Source: Cyanobacteria bacterium auto_48_18 | GTDB lineage: Bacteria > Cyanobacteriota > Vampirovibrionia > Obscuribacterales > Obscuribacteraceae | Direction of reading: 5' to 3' | Assembly: GCA_036170915.1 (NCBI GenBank) | Contig: JAVHQC010000033.1 | Coordinates: 32,001-96,000 of the forward strand | DNA length: 64,000 nucleotides | Part shown: positions 47,873-57,107 of the stretch, one piece after another | Position numbering within the stretch: position 1 is the first letter of the stretch | How the letters are laid out: each line of letters begins with the position of its first letter | The notes under the pieces: model-generated | Seen by the model: only the letters and a program-made list of their open reading frames with translations | Databases searched by the model: none | Told to the model about the DNA's origin: nothing | Position numbers and translations under genes: made by a program

Positions 47873-49431
47873 AGAGATACGCGCCTTTGCTTTGCATCAT
47901 GCTGTTGCAAGCGCTTAATCAGATGCCGCTTTTTGCCGCTTCGAATGGTGCGAAACCGGTATTGAAAGCCATTGACCCTTCGGCGGCGATTTTAGACGCG
48001 CCACCACCACCAGAGGCACAGAAGCCGGCGGTAAACACACCGATTCAGGGGCGCCCCTTGAACGGTCTGCAGCCTCAAACGCCTATGCTTGATCAATTGC
48101 CTCAAGAGCCAGTGAACCCTGCCGATGAAGAACGTGTCAGTCGATTAGAAAGACAGGCCTTTGGCAGTACTTATCCGGAACACGAAGTACCAGACCGCCT
48201 TGAACATCTGGAAAAAGAAGTTTTAGGTGGAAGCAAGGGTGGGCAGTCGGTCGAGCGCATCGCCAGGCTGGAACAAAAATTACTGGGTGGTAGCGCTTTT
48301 GGTGGCAGCCCGCATCAACCGCCTGGTAATGCATACACTGCTGTGCCTATCGGTCAGGGTTACCCGGCGCCAATTGCGGTGCTGCCTCCGCAGCCAATTC
48401 AGCAACCTTATCAGCAGCCTATGCAGCAATCAACGCCTCAGCAGGCTCCTCAGCAGCCGCTGCAGCAATCACCGCTGCAACAGCCTTATCAGCAGCCGCT
48501 GCAGCAATCACCGCTGCAACAGCCTTATCAGCAGCCGTTGCAACAATCACCGCTTCAGCAGCCTTATCAGCAGCCAATTCAACAACAACCGGCAGCTCAT
48601 TCACCAATTGCCACCAAGCATCTGCCTCCGGGTCAGGTTGCTCTGCCGCAAAATTGGAATAGTCAACCTAATTTTTCCCCTCGGGCTTACGTGCAGCCCA
48701 AACAAAACACCGCTGGCCCGGTCCCATCACCCACGCCAAATTATGATGTAAGTTCGCCGCCGCGCTCCATGGGACTGACCATCGATGCGGCTGCTGTAGC
48801 GAATTCTCTCAATTATGATCAAGGCAGCGGTGATTATCTCTCTGCCATCAAACGCTTTAATACTGCCAGTGGTGCTGCTACTTACGCTCACTGGTTGCGC
48901 TTTCCTGTAAAAGTGCGCTTGCCCGCTGGCTCTCCAGAGTCGTGGCAACGTAATTTAGAAGCTGTCATAGCCAGGTGGGATCAATACGTACCAGTTAAAA
49001 TTGCGTTGCCCAACGAGCCTGCTAACGTAGACGTTTTGTGGGTAAATCAGCTGCCACCAAAAGCGCTTGGTGTGACCAGACTAGGAATTGCTGGTGGTCA
49101 AATGCGAGTGTGGGTTTATTTATTGCGTCCCAGTTTCTATCCGAATGCGATTGCTGAACGTACTTTACCTTTAGTTTTTACTCGCGAAATTGGTCATGCT
49201 CTGGGGCTTTTCGGCAAGTCTGATAAGTTGTCAGATTTGATGTACGCTTCAGATAGCGGCAGCTCTAACACAAATGCAGCCTCTCCGCCGGTGGCAGGAA
49301 AAGCTGCATCAGTAAAATTTGCACCCATCGGCCAGCGTGATATCAACACGTTAAAGCGTCTCTATGAGTCGCCGGTGGTGCCGCCCGATCTTAGCCTGCA
49401 GCAACCACTAGAGTGGGCTACCAGTTATTGA
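47866..49431 (+). CDS. Secreted protein with Q/P-rich repeats and a degenerate matrixin-like domain
   Basis: Signal peptide; HWLRFPVKV, ANVDVLWV, REIGHALGLFGKS, Met-turn DLMY, RDINTLKRLY. Confidence 0.75.
   Translation: MLKRYAPLLCIMLLQALNQMPLFAASNGAKPVLKAIDPSAAILDAPPPPEAQKPAVNTPIQGRPLNGLQPQTPMLDQLPQEPVNPADEERVSRLERQAFGSTYPEHEVPDRLEHLEKEVLGGSKGGQSVERIARLEQKLLGGSAFGGSPHQPPGNAYTAVPIGQGYPAPIAVLPPQPIQQPYQQPMQQSTPQQAPQQPLQQSPLQQPYQQPLQQSPLQQPYQQPLQQSPLQQPYQQPIQQQPAAHSPIATKHLPPGQVALPQNWNSQPNFSPRAYVQPKQNTAGPVPSPTPNYDVSSPPRSMGLTIDAAAVANSLNYDQGSGDYLSAIKRFNTASGAATYAHWLRFPVKVRLPAGSPESWQRNLEAVIARWDQYVPVKIALPNEPANVDVLWVNQLPPKALGVTRLGIAGGQMRVWVYLLRPSFYPNAIAERTLPLVFTREIGHALGLFGKSDKLSDLMYASDSGSSNTNAASPPVAGKAASVKFAPIGQRDINTLKRLYESPVVPPDLSLQQPLEWATSY
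48451..48576 (+). repeat. 39-bp coding tandem repeat (QQPLQQSPLQQPY) x3
   Basis: Copies at 48451 and 48490 identical; copy at 48529 has synonymous changes. Confidence 0.9.
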
Positions 49432-49985
49432 ATGGCCTGTACTTTGTAGTCTTTGGGAATGGCAAAGAGCGAAGGCGCCGGGGCATTGTTGTTGGCGCTG
49501 ACCAGGGTCATGCTGGTGGCAATGTTGCCGGTTTTGCTATTGCTTTTGACTAAAAGTTGATTGGCCTCATCTATCCACATTTCAATGGTGGTGCCTTTTT
49601 CAGTATAGCTACAACCATGACAGTTACGACCAGCAATATTTTTCATGCCCAGATCTTTAGCTTTTTTTGTCTTCAGAACCTCACCGACACTGCCGACATA
49701 AGCGTCTTTAATAGGCATTTTCATCACGGTTTTTTGAGCGTCCATAATGGCATAAGTGGTTTTGGCCGGATAATCCATAATGGAAACGATTTTATAAGCG
49801 GCAGCTTTACTTTCAGAACGAATTTTACCTTTGCCGTCTGAAGTCATACGCACGGAGGTTTTAGTGGCGCCATTCTGGCATTCGTAATTGGCATCGTAAA
49901 CTTTTGGATACTGGTCCGCGGCCTGTGCGGCGCTCATACCTATAAATGAAATCAGGGCCAGGCTGACTGAAGCGAACACTTTCAT
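49425..49985 (-). CDS. Secreted DUF4412-like protein
   Basis: Signal peptide ending AQA; KIRSE, KDLGMKNIAGRNC, MWID, SLFAIPKDYK; GAGGAG RBS. Confidence 0.7.
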   Translation of the reverse strand: MKVFASVSLALISFIGMSAAQAADQYPKVYDANYECQNGATKTSVRMTSDGKGKIRSESKAAAYKIVSIMDYPAKTTYAIMDAQKTVMKMPIKDAYVGSVGEVLKTKKAKDLGMKNIAGRNCHGCSYTEKGTTIEMWIDEANQLLVKSNSKTGNIATSMTLVSANNNAPAPSLFAIPKDYKVQAIQ

Positions 49986-50126
49986 ACGATACTCCTCACG
50001 AAAAATACATTTACAAAGCGCGTTGAGAATACCATTCTTCCTTTAGAAATGCTCATATGTCTAATATGTGGAAGGAAAAGAGGGAAAATTAGCGCTACGG
50101 CTAATCTAGATGAAGGAAACAAATAA

Positions 50127-50981
50127 ATGGTGATTCCGGCAAAAGCGAAAGTGCAAGAGCTGACCATTGCGCACAGCCCTGATACTGATGATGCCTTTAT
50201 GTTTTACGGCCTGCACTCGGGCAAAGTGCCTACTGCCGGCATTAAAGTAAACCAGGTGATGAAAGACATTCAGACCCTTAATCAAGAGGCGCTTCAGGGC
50301 CTTTATGAGGTTTCTGCTATTTCTTTTGCTGCTTATCCGCGAGTGCGTCACCTGTACAAATTGCTTTGCTGTGGGTCGAGCATGGGCGAAAACTACGGCC
50401 CAATGGTTGTGGCACCACCTGGCACCACAAGAGATGATCTGAATAATCTGACGGTGGCAATACCTGGATTCGAAACCTCGGCGTATTTGACTATGCGACT
50501 CTGGCAGCCGAATCTTCAAGTTGTAGAAGTACCTTTCGACCAAATTGTCGAGCAAGTATTGAGCGGTAAAGTGGGAGCAGGCCTGATAATTCACGAAAGC
50601 CAACTGACTTATGCCCAAGAAGGATTAACTAAAATAGTTGATCTAGGCGTATGGTGGCAGGAAGAAACCGGCTTGCCATTGCCGCTTGGTGGCAATGCGG
50701 TGCGCAAAGATCTTGGCGACCAAATGATGCAAGAGGCCGCCAATTTGTTTAAGAGCTCAGTAGTTTATGCACTAGAGCATCGCAACGACGCCCTTGCCTA
50801 TGCCATGTCTTTTGCTCGCGATATGGACCTTGCTACCGCTGATAAATTTGTCAGCATGTATGTCAGTGATTTAACTGTTGATTGCGGCGAAAAAGGGCGA
50901 GAGGCCGTGCGATTATTTTTCCAGAAGGCATATGAGCAGGGTATCTACGACGAGTTGATTGTGCCTGAGTTTGTCATTTAG
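50127..50981 (+). CDS. mqnD: 1,4-dihydroxy-6-naphthoate synthase (futalosine menaquinone pathway)
   Basis: AHSPDTDDAFMFY, DIQTLN, SMGENYGP, GLIIHESQLTY, LPLPLGGN, KFVSMYV. Confidence 0.92.
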   Translation: MVIPAKAKVQELTIAHSPDTDDAFMFYGLHSGKVPTAGIKVNQVMKDIQTLNQEALQGLYEVSAISFAAYPRVRHLYKLLCCGSSMGENYGPMVVAPPGTTRDDLNNLTVAIPGFETSAYLTMRLWQPNLQVVEVPFDQIVEQVLSGKVGAGLIIHESQLTYAQEGLTKIVDLGVWWQEETGLPLPLGGNAVRKDLGDQMMQEAANLFKSSVVYALEHRNDALAYAMSFARDMDLATADKFVSMYVSDLTVDCGEKGREAVRLFFQKAYEQGIYDELIVPEFVI

Positions 50982-51900
50982 GCAGCGGCTCCGCCACAAA
51001 TTTTTTCACAGCCTGAATAAAACCAACCGTATTTTTCAAACCAATATCGTTGTGTCCTTCGCCATGGCAAATGTACATTTCTTTGGGCGGCAGAGCTTTT
51101 TCAAACATGGTCTGACTGTAGCTGAGTGGCAAAATCTGATCTTTGTCGCCATGCATTATAAGCAGGGGTGGATGCGGCTTTTGCACAGCCTTGAGATTAT
51201 CAAAATTAGGTTCGGGTGTTAAAGTGGCCGGCAAAACCCAGAGGAAAAATAGTTTGTCTCGTGCGGCATTTGAAAGTGAAGTAAATCCCGACTGCAAAAT
51301 TACTTTTCCAGGTTTGCGATTTTCCATTATGTGTGTGGTCACGCCGCATCCGACTGATTCTCCGTAGATGATGATGTTCTCTGGTTTGTAGTGCAGGTCA
51401 TTGACTGCGTAATCGAAAGTTGTGAGCCCATCAGCCAGCAAATTGTTGCAAGTGGCACCACCATTGCTCTCACCATAACCCTGATAATCGTAGAGCAAAA
51501 CCGACGCACCACTCGAAACTAGAAGTGAGGCAAGGCCAAGGCGGTGACCGAGATTGCCGGCGTTGCCATGCGAAACCAAAATCAGTTTGTCACTGCCGGG
51601 CTTTTCTACCAGACAGGCAGACAAATTGCCTTCGCCTTTTCCTTTGAAGGCTGGAATCGGTATTTTTAGGATTCTGCTTTTTGTTTTAAAAAGCTCGTCC
51701 ATTTTGCTCATTTGAGGCTTCCAGGTCTCGTCTTGCATTGGGTGCAAAACTCCCAGATCTTTAAAAACGTAGAGAATCAGGAGTCCAAGCACCACATAGA
51801 GCAAGTAGAGCTGCACTATGCCGCGCAAAAGGTTTTTCCAGTGAAATTTTGAGATTTTCGCTGCGGATTTCACTTCTACAGATTTCACTTCATTGCTCAA
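50974..51900 (-). CDS. Membrane-anchored alpha/beta hydrolase (ABHD13/BEM46-like)
   Basis: HGNAGN, YDYQGYGES, GESVG nucleophile elbow, HGDKD, GHND. Confidence 0.88.
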   Translation of the reverse strand: MSNEVKSVEVKSAAKISKFHWKNLLRGIVQLYLLYVVLGLLILYVFKDLGVLHPMQDETWKPQMSKMDELFKTKSRILKIPIPAFKGKGEGNLSACLVEKPGSDKLILVSHGNAGNLGHRLGLASLLVSSGASVLLYDYQGYGESNGGATCNNLLADGLTTFDYAVNDLHYKPENIIIYGESVGCGVTTHIMENRKPGKVILQSGFTSLSNAARDKLFFLWVLPATLTPEPNFDNLKAVQKPHPPLLIMHGDKDQILPLSYSQTMFEKALPPKEMYICHGEGHNDIGLKNTVGFIQAVKKFVAEPLPK

Positions 51901-52090
51901 ATCATCACCCTCAATGAAACCAAGAGTCAGCTAAGCTCATCATAGCTTCGTGCCTCGGCCGCGCCATCATCAACCTGCACTTGAATAAGTGTGTTATTGA
52001 GATTCATTGTGAATCTTCTAAGTGGAGTGGTAGACAAGGCAATCAGTGGGCATGATGCTAAAATCTGACCTATTCCTCAGGATAATAGTA

Positions 52091-53407
52091 ATGGACGTGA
52101 CTCAAGAATCGATCGGCTGGGAGACCTACCTCACCGCCGGGAGCAAAGCTCTTGATTTGAGCCGTTACGAAGATGCCGAAAAGCTCTTTCAGAAAGCCCT
52201 GATGGAAGCTCGCAGAGAATTGCACGAAGCTGGCTCAGGTGCTTCAAGCTCTGAGGCTGATAAATCGCAAGCGGTGTTGTCTGCAGAAGGCGCCCTGGCG
52301 CGCATTTCGGCCAAAATGGGAGCTTTGTATCTGGTGCAGGGCCAGTTCAAAGAAGCAGAAGTGTTCATGAAGCAGGCTCTCGACCTGTTTGAAAAAACTG
52401 CAGGTAAAGAAAGCAAGCCTGTGGCCGATGTTTTAACCGAGCTGGGTGCTGTCTATCGCGCCCAGGGCAAGTATTCTTCGGTAGAATCGCTTTTGCGTCG
52501 CGCCCTTACTATTTATGAAAGCGAAGATTCAGACGAGCAAGACCCGCTGGAGGTGGCCACCATGCTTGGCAATCTAGCTGACTTTTTGCGAGCACACGGT
52601 AAATATAGCGCTGCTGAGCCGCTATTTCAGAGAGCTCTAGCGAAAAGAGAATCTGTGCTTGGCCCTGATCACGCTAGTATTGGCCCTTATCTGCATAATT
52701 TAGCCCTGCTTTATCACGCTGAAGGCAAGTACGAACAGGCTGAACCACTGTATGTGCGCGCCCTGCGCATGTTTGAAGAAACTTGGGGCCCGGATCATCC
52801 AAGCGTGGCCACCGTACTCAATTATCAAGCCGAACTTTACCGTATGCTGGGAGACTTTGCCCGCTCAGAAAAGCTGCACTGGCGCGCTTTGAAAATTCGC
52901 CAAACGGTTCTCGGGCTGCAGCATCCGAGCACTGCTCAGACGCTGAGCAATCTGGCTTTGCTTTTTCATATTCAGTGCAAATACGGTCAGGCCGAGCCGC
53001 TCTATCAATCGCTGCTGGAAATTCGCACCAAAGACTGGGGCCCCAAGCACATGCACGTAGCTGAGGTGCTTAATTCGCTGGCCGAGGTTTATCACGATCA
53101 AGAGAAGTATTCAGAAGCAGAGCCTCTTTACTGGAGAGCTGTGGAAATTATTCAAGAGAATATGGGACATGAGCATCCGACAGTGGCTAAGGCATTGCGC
53201 CGTCTCGCTCACTTATATGAAGAGCAAGAAAATTATGGTGAGGCTGATAGGCTTTATCGCTGGGGCCTTGGTGTTAGCGAAAAAGCCCTTGGTGCGGAGC
53301 ATCCTGAGGTAGCCGAACTTGTGGCTCGCTATGCTGCTCTGCAACGCAAACTTATTTTAGATGATGATGACAATGAAGACACCACAGAGATTTTGTGGCG
53401 GAACTAG
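52091..53407 (+). CDS. Tetratricopeptide repeat protein (kinesin-light-chain-type 42-aa TPRs)
   Basis: Repeated LGPDHxxxxxxLxNLAxLYxxxGKYxxAEPLYxRAL. Confidence 0.9.
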   Translation: MDVTQESIGWETYLTAGSKALDLSRYEDAEKLFQKALMEARRELHEAGSGASSSEADKSQAVLSAEGALARISAKMGALYLVQGQFKEAEVFMKQALDLFEKTAGKESKPVADVLTELGAVYRAQGKYSSVESLLRRALTIYESEDSDEQDPLEVATMLGNLADFLRAHGKYSAAEPLFQRALAKRESVLGPDHASIGPYLHNLALLYHAEGKYEQAEPLYVRALRMFEETWGPDHPSVATVLNYQAELYRMLGDFARSEKLHWRALKIRQTVLGLQHPSTAQTLSNLALLFHIQCKYGQAEPLYQSLLEIRTKDWGPKHMHVAEVLNSLAEVYHDQEKYSEAEPLYWRAVEIIQENMGHEHPTVAKALRRLAHLYEEQENYGEADRLYRWGLGVSEKALGAEHPEVAELVARYAALQRKLILDDDDNEDTTEILWRN

Positions 53408-53427
53408 GGGCTTAGCTGGCTATCTAT

Positions 53428-54867
53428 CTAACTAACAGGCACTAATTTCGAAGCCGCCGGCATTCCAACTTTAAGCTTTTGTCGCACACCTTCGCCAGCG
53501 AGAATACCGCTGGTAGCAGCTTGTCCGACGCCTCTTGTCCATGAACTGGAGTCGCCGATGATGAAGAGGTTAGGAACGTTGGTTTCCATGTTCTTATTTA
53601 CTGAAATAGAGTCAGGATAGCTTTTGCATTCTGGTGCATAAAGCAAAGTAGACTCACCGGCAACACCAGGGCAAATTTTGTCGAGGGCATCAAGATATTC
53701 GACGATGCTTTCCAAAATGCGGTGCGGATACGCAAGAGAGATGTCACCACACTCTGCTTCTAAAGTCGGCTTGATCAAATTGTTTGTAAGCGACTTCGTT
53801 CTTCTGCCAGCTTTGAGATCGCCAAGCCTTTGAACAAGCGGGCCTCCACCGGCAAGCATGTTGGCAATTTTGGCAATTGTCTGCGAATACATTTGCGGAT
53901 TTTTGAAAGGTCTGGTGAAAGTTTTGGAAACAAGAACGGCAAAGTTATTGTTCTCAGATTTTTCGTACATTTTTGAGTGGCCATTTACAAGCACATAGTC
54001 ACGATGATTTTCTGGTGTGACGAAGCCTTTTGGATTCGAGCAGAAATTGCGCACCACATCGTTGGAATGCCGACTGCGGTAATAAAGCTTTGGTTCGTAA
54101 AAACGTCTATCAACTTCTTCAGTAAAGAACGCACTGGTTTCAACTCTGATACCAATATCAACTTGTCCTGGATTAATATCGAGTGCCTTATAGAATTCTT
54201 GCTGAGTTAGCCAGGCAGCTCCACCGCGGCCAACTGAGACGATGCAGAGATCAAAAATATCTTCCACTTCTTCTTCTGGTTTGCGATAGCGATCTGACCG
54301 CACTGCGAATTTTTCATTGCGCCGGGCTATTGACACAACTTTTTTGTCAAAGTGAAAAACGATATTGGAGCCTTTGCTCTTAATTTCGTTGAGAATGCTG
54401 GTGTTAATGGCCGGGGCGTTATCAGAGCCGCAATGTAGAAGTTCTTGATAGTGATAAGTCATGCCGGCCATAGTGGCCTTTTTCTTGATCCACTCCAGAT
54501 CTTCGGCATTTGGCTTAACTACTGGTATCTCGCAAGGCGCGTGATGCAAAATCGTCGCTCTTACCATATCCAGGCGTTTTTGCAGTTCAGCTTCGCCCAC
54601 TAGGTCGTACAGCCGGCCACCAATCACAGGCGAAGCTGAAAGAATGACCTTAAAGTCGTTCCAGCTGCCAGCAGACTGGCCGGGAGCACAGTAACTGCAA
54701 GCCTTGGGAGGACAAACAGTCAGTTTTCCCTGGTCAATAGGGCAGGCATAGCGCTTTTCGTATGTGGGCCCGACGTCGAATACGTGTACTTCCACGTCTG
54801 CGCCGGCCAGCTCTTTAAGAGCGAAAAGTCCGGAAGCGCCAAGCCCGATAAGCGCGAGTTTTTGCAT
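53428..54867 (-). CDS. NAD(P)/FAD-dependent oxidoreductase (COG2509-like)
   Basis: IGLGASG, CP...C...CSYC, VGRGGA, VDIGIRVE, FCSNPKG, VNGHS, NNFAVL, LLYAPECK, IGD. Confidence 0.82.
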   Translation of the reverse strand: MQKLALIGLGASGLFALKELAGADVEVHVFDVGPTYEKRYACPIDQGKLTVCPPKACSYCAPGQSAGSWNDFKVILSASPVIGGRLYDLVGEAELQKRLDMVRATILHHAPCEIPVVKPNAEDLEWIKKKATMAGMTYHYQELLHCGSDNAPAINTSILNEIKSKGSNIVFHFDKKVVSIARRNEKFAVRSDRYRKPEEEVEDIFDLCIVSVGRGGAAWLTQQEFYKALDINPGQVDIGIRVETSAFFTEEVDRRFYEPKLYYRSRHSNDVVRNFCSNPKGFVTPENHRDYVLVNGHSKMYEKSENNNFAVLVSKTFTRPFKNPQMYSQTIAKIANMLAGGGPLVQRLGDLKAGRRTKSLTNNLIKPTLEAECGDISLAYPHRILESIVEYLDALDKICPGVAGESTLLYAPECKSYPDSISVNKNMETNVPNLFIIGDSSSWTRGVGQAATSGILAGEGVRQKLKVGMPAASKLVPVS

Positions 54868-55030
54868 GGTCTGTTTACTGCGGCCCCTGCGGATAAGTCA
54901 AACCCTAATCGTACCACCGTTTGGCGGGTTGCTAAGAGAAGATTGCAGAGGCTTAAGCTAGTTTTTGTTAATCTACTAATGTGTTTCTGGTCGGCGGGAC
55001 TAGTGTCGTCGTTGCTTGCCTAAGAATTTT

Positions 55031-55075
55031 TACAACCGTTAGGTTGTGCGGAAATACAACTTATGAGTTGTATTT
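55031..55075. promoter_or_regulatory. Two related palindromes TACAAC-N6-GTTGTR (candidate tandem operators)
   Basis: TACAACCGTTAGGTTGTG at 55031 and TACAACTTATGAGTTGTA at 55055, in a divergent intergenic region. Confidence 0.5.
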
Positions 55076-55085
55076 TTTCTTAGGG

Positions 55086-57001
55086 GTGCGCCGATTAAAA
55101 CCGGCAGAGAGTAGGAGATGTAAGAGCTCTACATTGAAGGTCTAGCAAACCACAATGACCGCGAGTCATGCGCGGATGACAGTAATGGCATACGTGAAGC
55201 GTTGACAGCGGCACACACAGGCTGGGCTATTGAGCCTCGTAAAATTACATCAGAGCGCCGACATGGTCCCTAACGATGGAAGGCAACACTGTAAACATCG
55301 ATATGCGAGATGTATACAGGCTCTGCGTGGTCAAAGACCCCGAGCATGTGTGGAAACTCTTTGAGCGGGAATCGGGAGATCCCATGTTTGACCTGGAAGA
55401 ACCCAGGCCCGCATTGGAAATCCGCAAGGAGCAAACCGATGATGAACGAACATGGGAAGTCGGACGACGTGGTAGTAGCTAAGAAATCTGCGAACAAGAA
55501 TGGACATTTAAATTCGACATTTGAGGAGCAGATGGAGCCAAGCACGTCGACTGAGGGGAACGAGTCGCAACAAAACACGCTCCAGACACAGGGCTGGGAT
55601 AGTGTGCAAAGTAAGTTGCAGCTCGTACATCAAAAGGCAAAGGAGGATAGGAAGAGGCAGTTCACCGCTCTCTTGCACCACATTTACAATATCGACACAT
55701 TGACTGCGGCGTATTTCAAAATAAAGAGAAAAGCTGCACCAGGTGTAGACAAGGAAACGTGGCTCAGTTACGGAGAAAATTTGGAGCAAAATCTCCAGAA
55801 TCTCTCCGAGCGATTGAAGCGAGGTGCGTACCGAGCCAAACCAGTTAGAAGGGTGTACATACCAAAACCAAATGGTCAACAAAGGCCACTAGGGGTCACT
55901 GCTCTGGAAGACAAAATCGTCCAGAGAGCAACAGTGGAAGTACTAAACGCCGTCTACGAAGCTGATTTCATCGGATTCTCGTATGGATTTCGACCAGGGC
56001 GTAGCCAACACAAAGCGTTGGATGCACTTACAGTCGGCATTGAAACGAGAAAAGTGAACTGGGTGCTCGATGCCGACATCCGTGATTTCTACGGTTCAAT
56101 TAATCACGAATGGCTGGTCAAATTTGTCGAGCACCGAATTGCAGACAAGCGCGTCGTGCGGCTCATCCAGAAATGGCTAGCTGCCGGTGTGCTTGAGGAT
56201 GGAGAAGTAACGTTTGGCGCAACAGGAGCACCACAGGGAGCAAGCGCGTCGCCGCTTCTCTCTAACGTGTATCTGCATTACGTCTACGACCTGTGGGTTC
56301 AACAATGGCGAGAGAAACAAGCTAAGGGCCACATGATTCTGGTTCGGTTTGCTGACGATACCGTTGTTGGATTTCAGTACAAAGCTGATGCTGAGCGGTT
56401 CCTAAAAGAATTGAAGGAAAGACTCCTGAAGTTCGATTTAGAATTGCACCCTGAAAAGACACGCCTAATCGAATTTGGACGGTTCGCCGCTAAGAATCGA
56501 GAAGAGCGTGGTGAGGGCAAACCAGAGACATTTACGTTCTTAGGTTTTACGCATATTTGTGGCAAAACCAGGAGCGGAAATTTCACGGTCATGAGGCAAA
56601 CAATCAAAAAGAAACTGAATGCGAAAATTAAAGCTCTAAAAGTTGAGCTGACAAAACGCATGCACTTACCTATCCAAGAAGTCGGAAAATGGCTGCACAA
56701 GGTGGTTACTGGACACAACCAATATTACGGTGTGCCTGGCAATTACGCCGCCCTAAACTCATTCCGTCGCAAGGTATATCACAGCTGGCGCCGGACGCTC
56801 ATGCGTAGGAGTCACAAAGGGTATGTCACTTGGGAAAGAATGCAGCAGATAATTGACCGATGGCTGCCAATGCCCAGCATTTGCCACCCTTATCCCTCGC
56901 AACGATTTGGTGTCAGAACCTGAAGTAGGAGCCCTGTGCGGTAGTACCGCACGCAGGGATCTGCGCGGGGGGTGGCAGGCAACTGCTATCCCTACCGCTA
57001 C
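55086..57001 (+). mobile_element. Complete group II intron, bacterial class E-like, intergenic insertion
   Basis: 5' GTGCG at 55086; domain V GAGCCCTGTGCGGTAGTACCGCACGCAGGGATC at 56929; domain VI ending CCCTACCGCTAC at 57001; EBS1 CCCTAA (55268-55273) complementary to exon end TTAGGG (55080-55085). Confidence 0.92.
55439..56923 (+). CDS. ltrA: Group II intron reverse transcriptase/maturase, no endonuclease domain
   Basis: AAPGVD, RRVYIPK, RPLGV, FSYGFRPGR, PQG, VRFADD, LHPEKT, FTFLGF, YYGVPGN; AAGGAG before ATG 55439. Confidence 0.95.
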   Translation: MMNEHGKSDDVVVAKKSANKNGHLNSTFEEQMEPSTSTEGNESQQNTLQTQGWDSVQSKLQLVHQKAKEDRKRQFTALLHHIYNIDTLTAAYFKIKRKAAPGVDKETWLSYGENLEQNLQNLSERLKRGAYRAKPVRRVYIPKPNGQQRPLGVTALEDKIVQRATVEVLNAVYEADFIGFSYGFRPGRSQHKALDALTVGIETRKVNWVLDADIRDFYGSINHEWLVKFVEHRIADKRVVRLIQKWLAAGVLEDGEVTFGATGAPQGASASPLLSNVYLHYVYDLWVQQWREKQAKGHMILVRFADDTVVGFQYKADAERFLKELKERLLKFDLELHPEKTRLIEFGRFAAKNREERGEGKPETFTFLGFTHICGKTRSGNFTVMRQTIKKKLNAKIKALKVELTKRMHLPIQEVGKWLHKVVTGHNQYYGVPGNYAALNSFRRKVYHSWRRTLMRRSHKGYVTWERMQQIIDRWLPMPSICHPYPSQRFGVRT

Positions 57002-57107
57002 TTTTGATTTAGTGAGCCGCCTCTGCGAATTGGCGGAAAAGTTCGCTGCCAAATTCAGTTATTTCTGTAGAATGCAATCACGCAGTTCACTGAATGGGTT
57101 CGGACAA

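Noticed and set aside
48227..48751. 174-aa Cys/Ser-rich ORF with repeated SSRCSNHRCNSLI
   Set aside because: Alternative-frame readout of the 39-bp Gln/Pro repeat
55052..55085. Class IIC-style insertion after a terminator hairpin
   Set aside because: RNA 5' region and RT look class E-like, and a full 6-bp EBS1-IBS1 match already explains the site; no upstream sense gene needs a terminator there
55080..55085. Intron target equals the telomeric hexamer TTAGGG
   Set aside because: Single 6-mer with no tandem copies; coincidence
55310..55438. Upstream start for the intron RT, and small ORFs at 55245-55703
   Set aside because: They lie within ribozyme domains or overlap the RT in other frames; the RBS supports 55439 or later
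56853..57107. Apparent N-terminal extension of the GH144-like ORF
   Set aside because: Runs through intron domains V-VI; the signal peptide begins at 57108 (or 57072)
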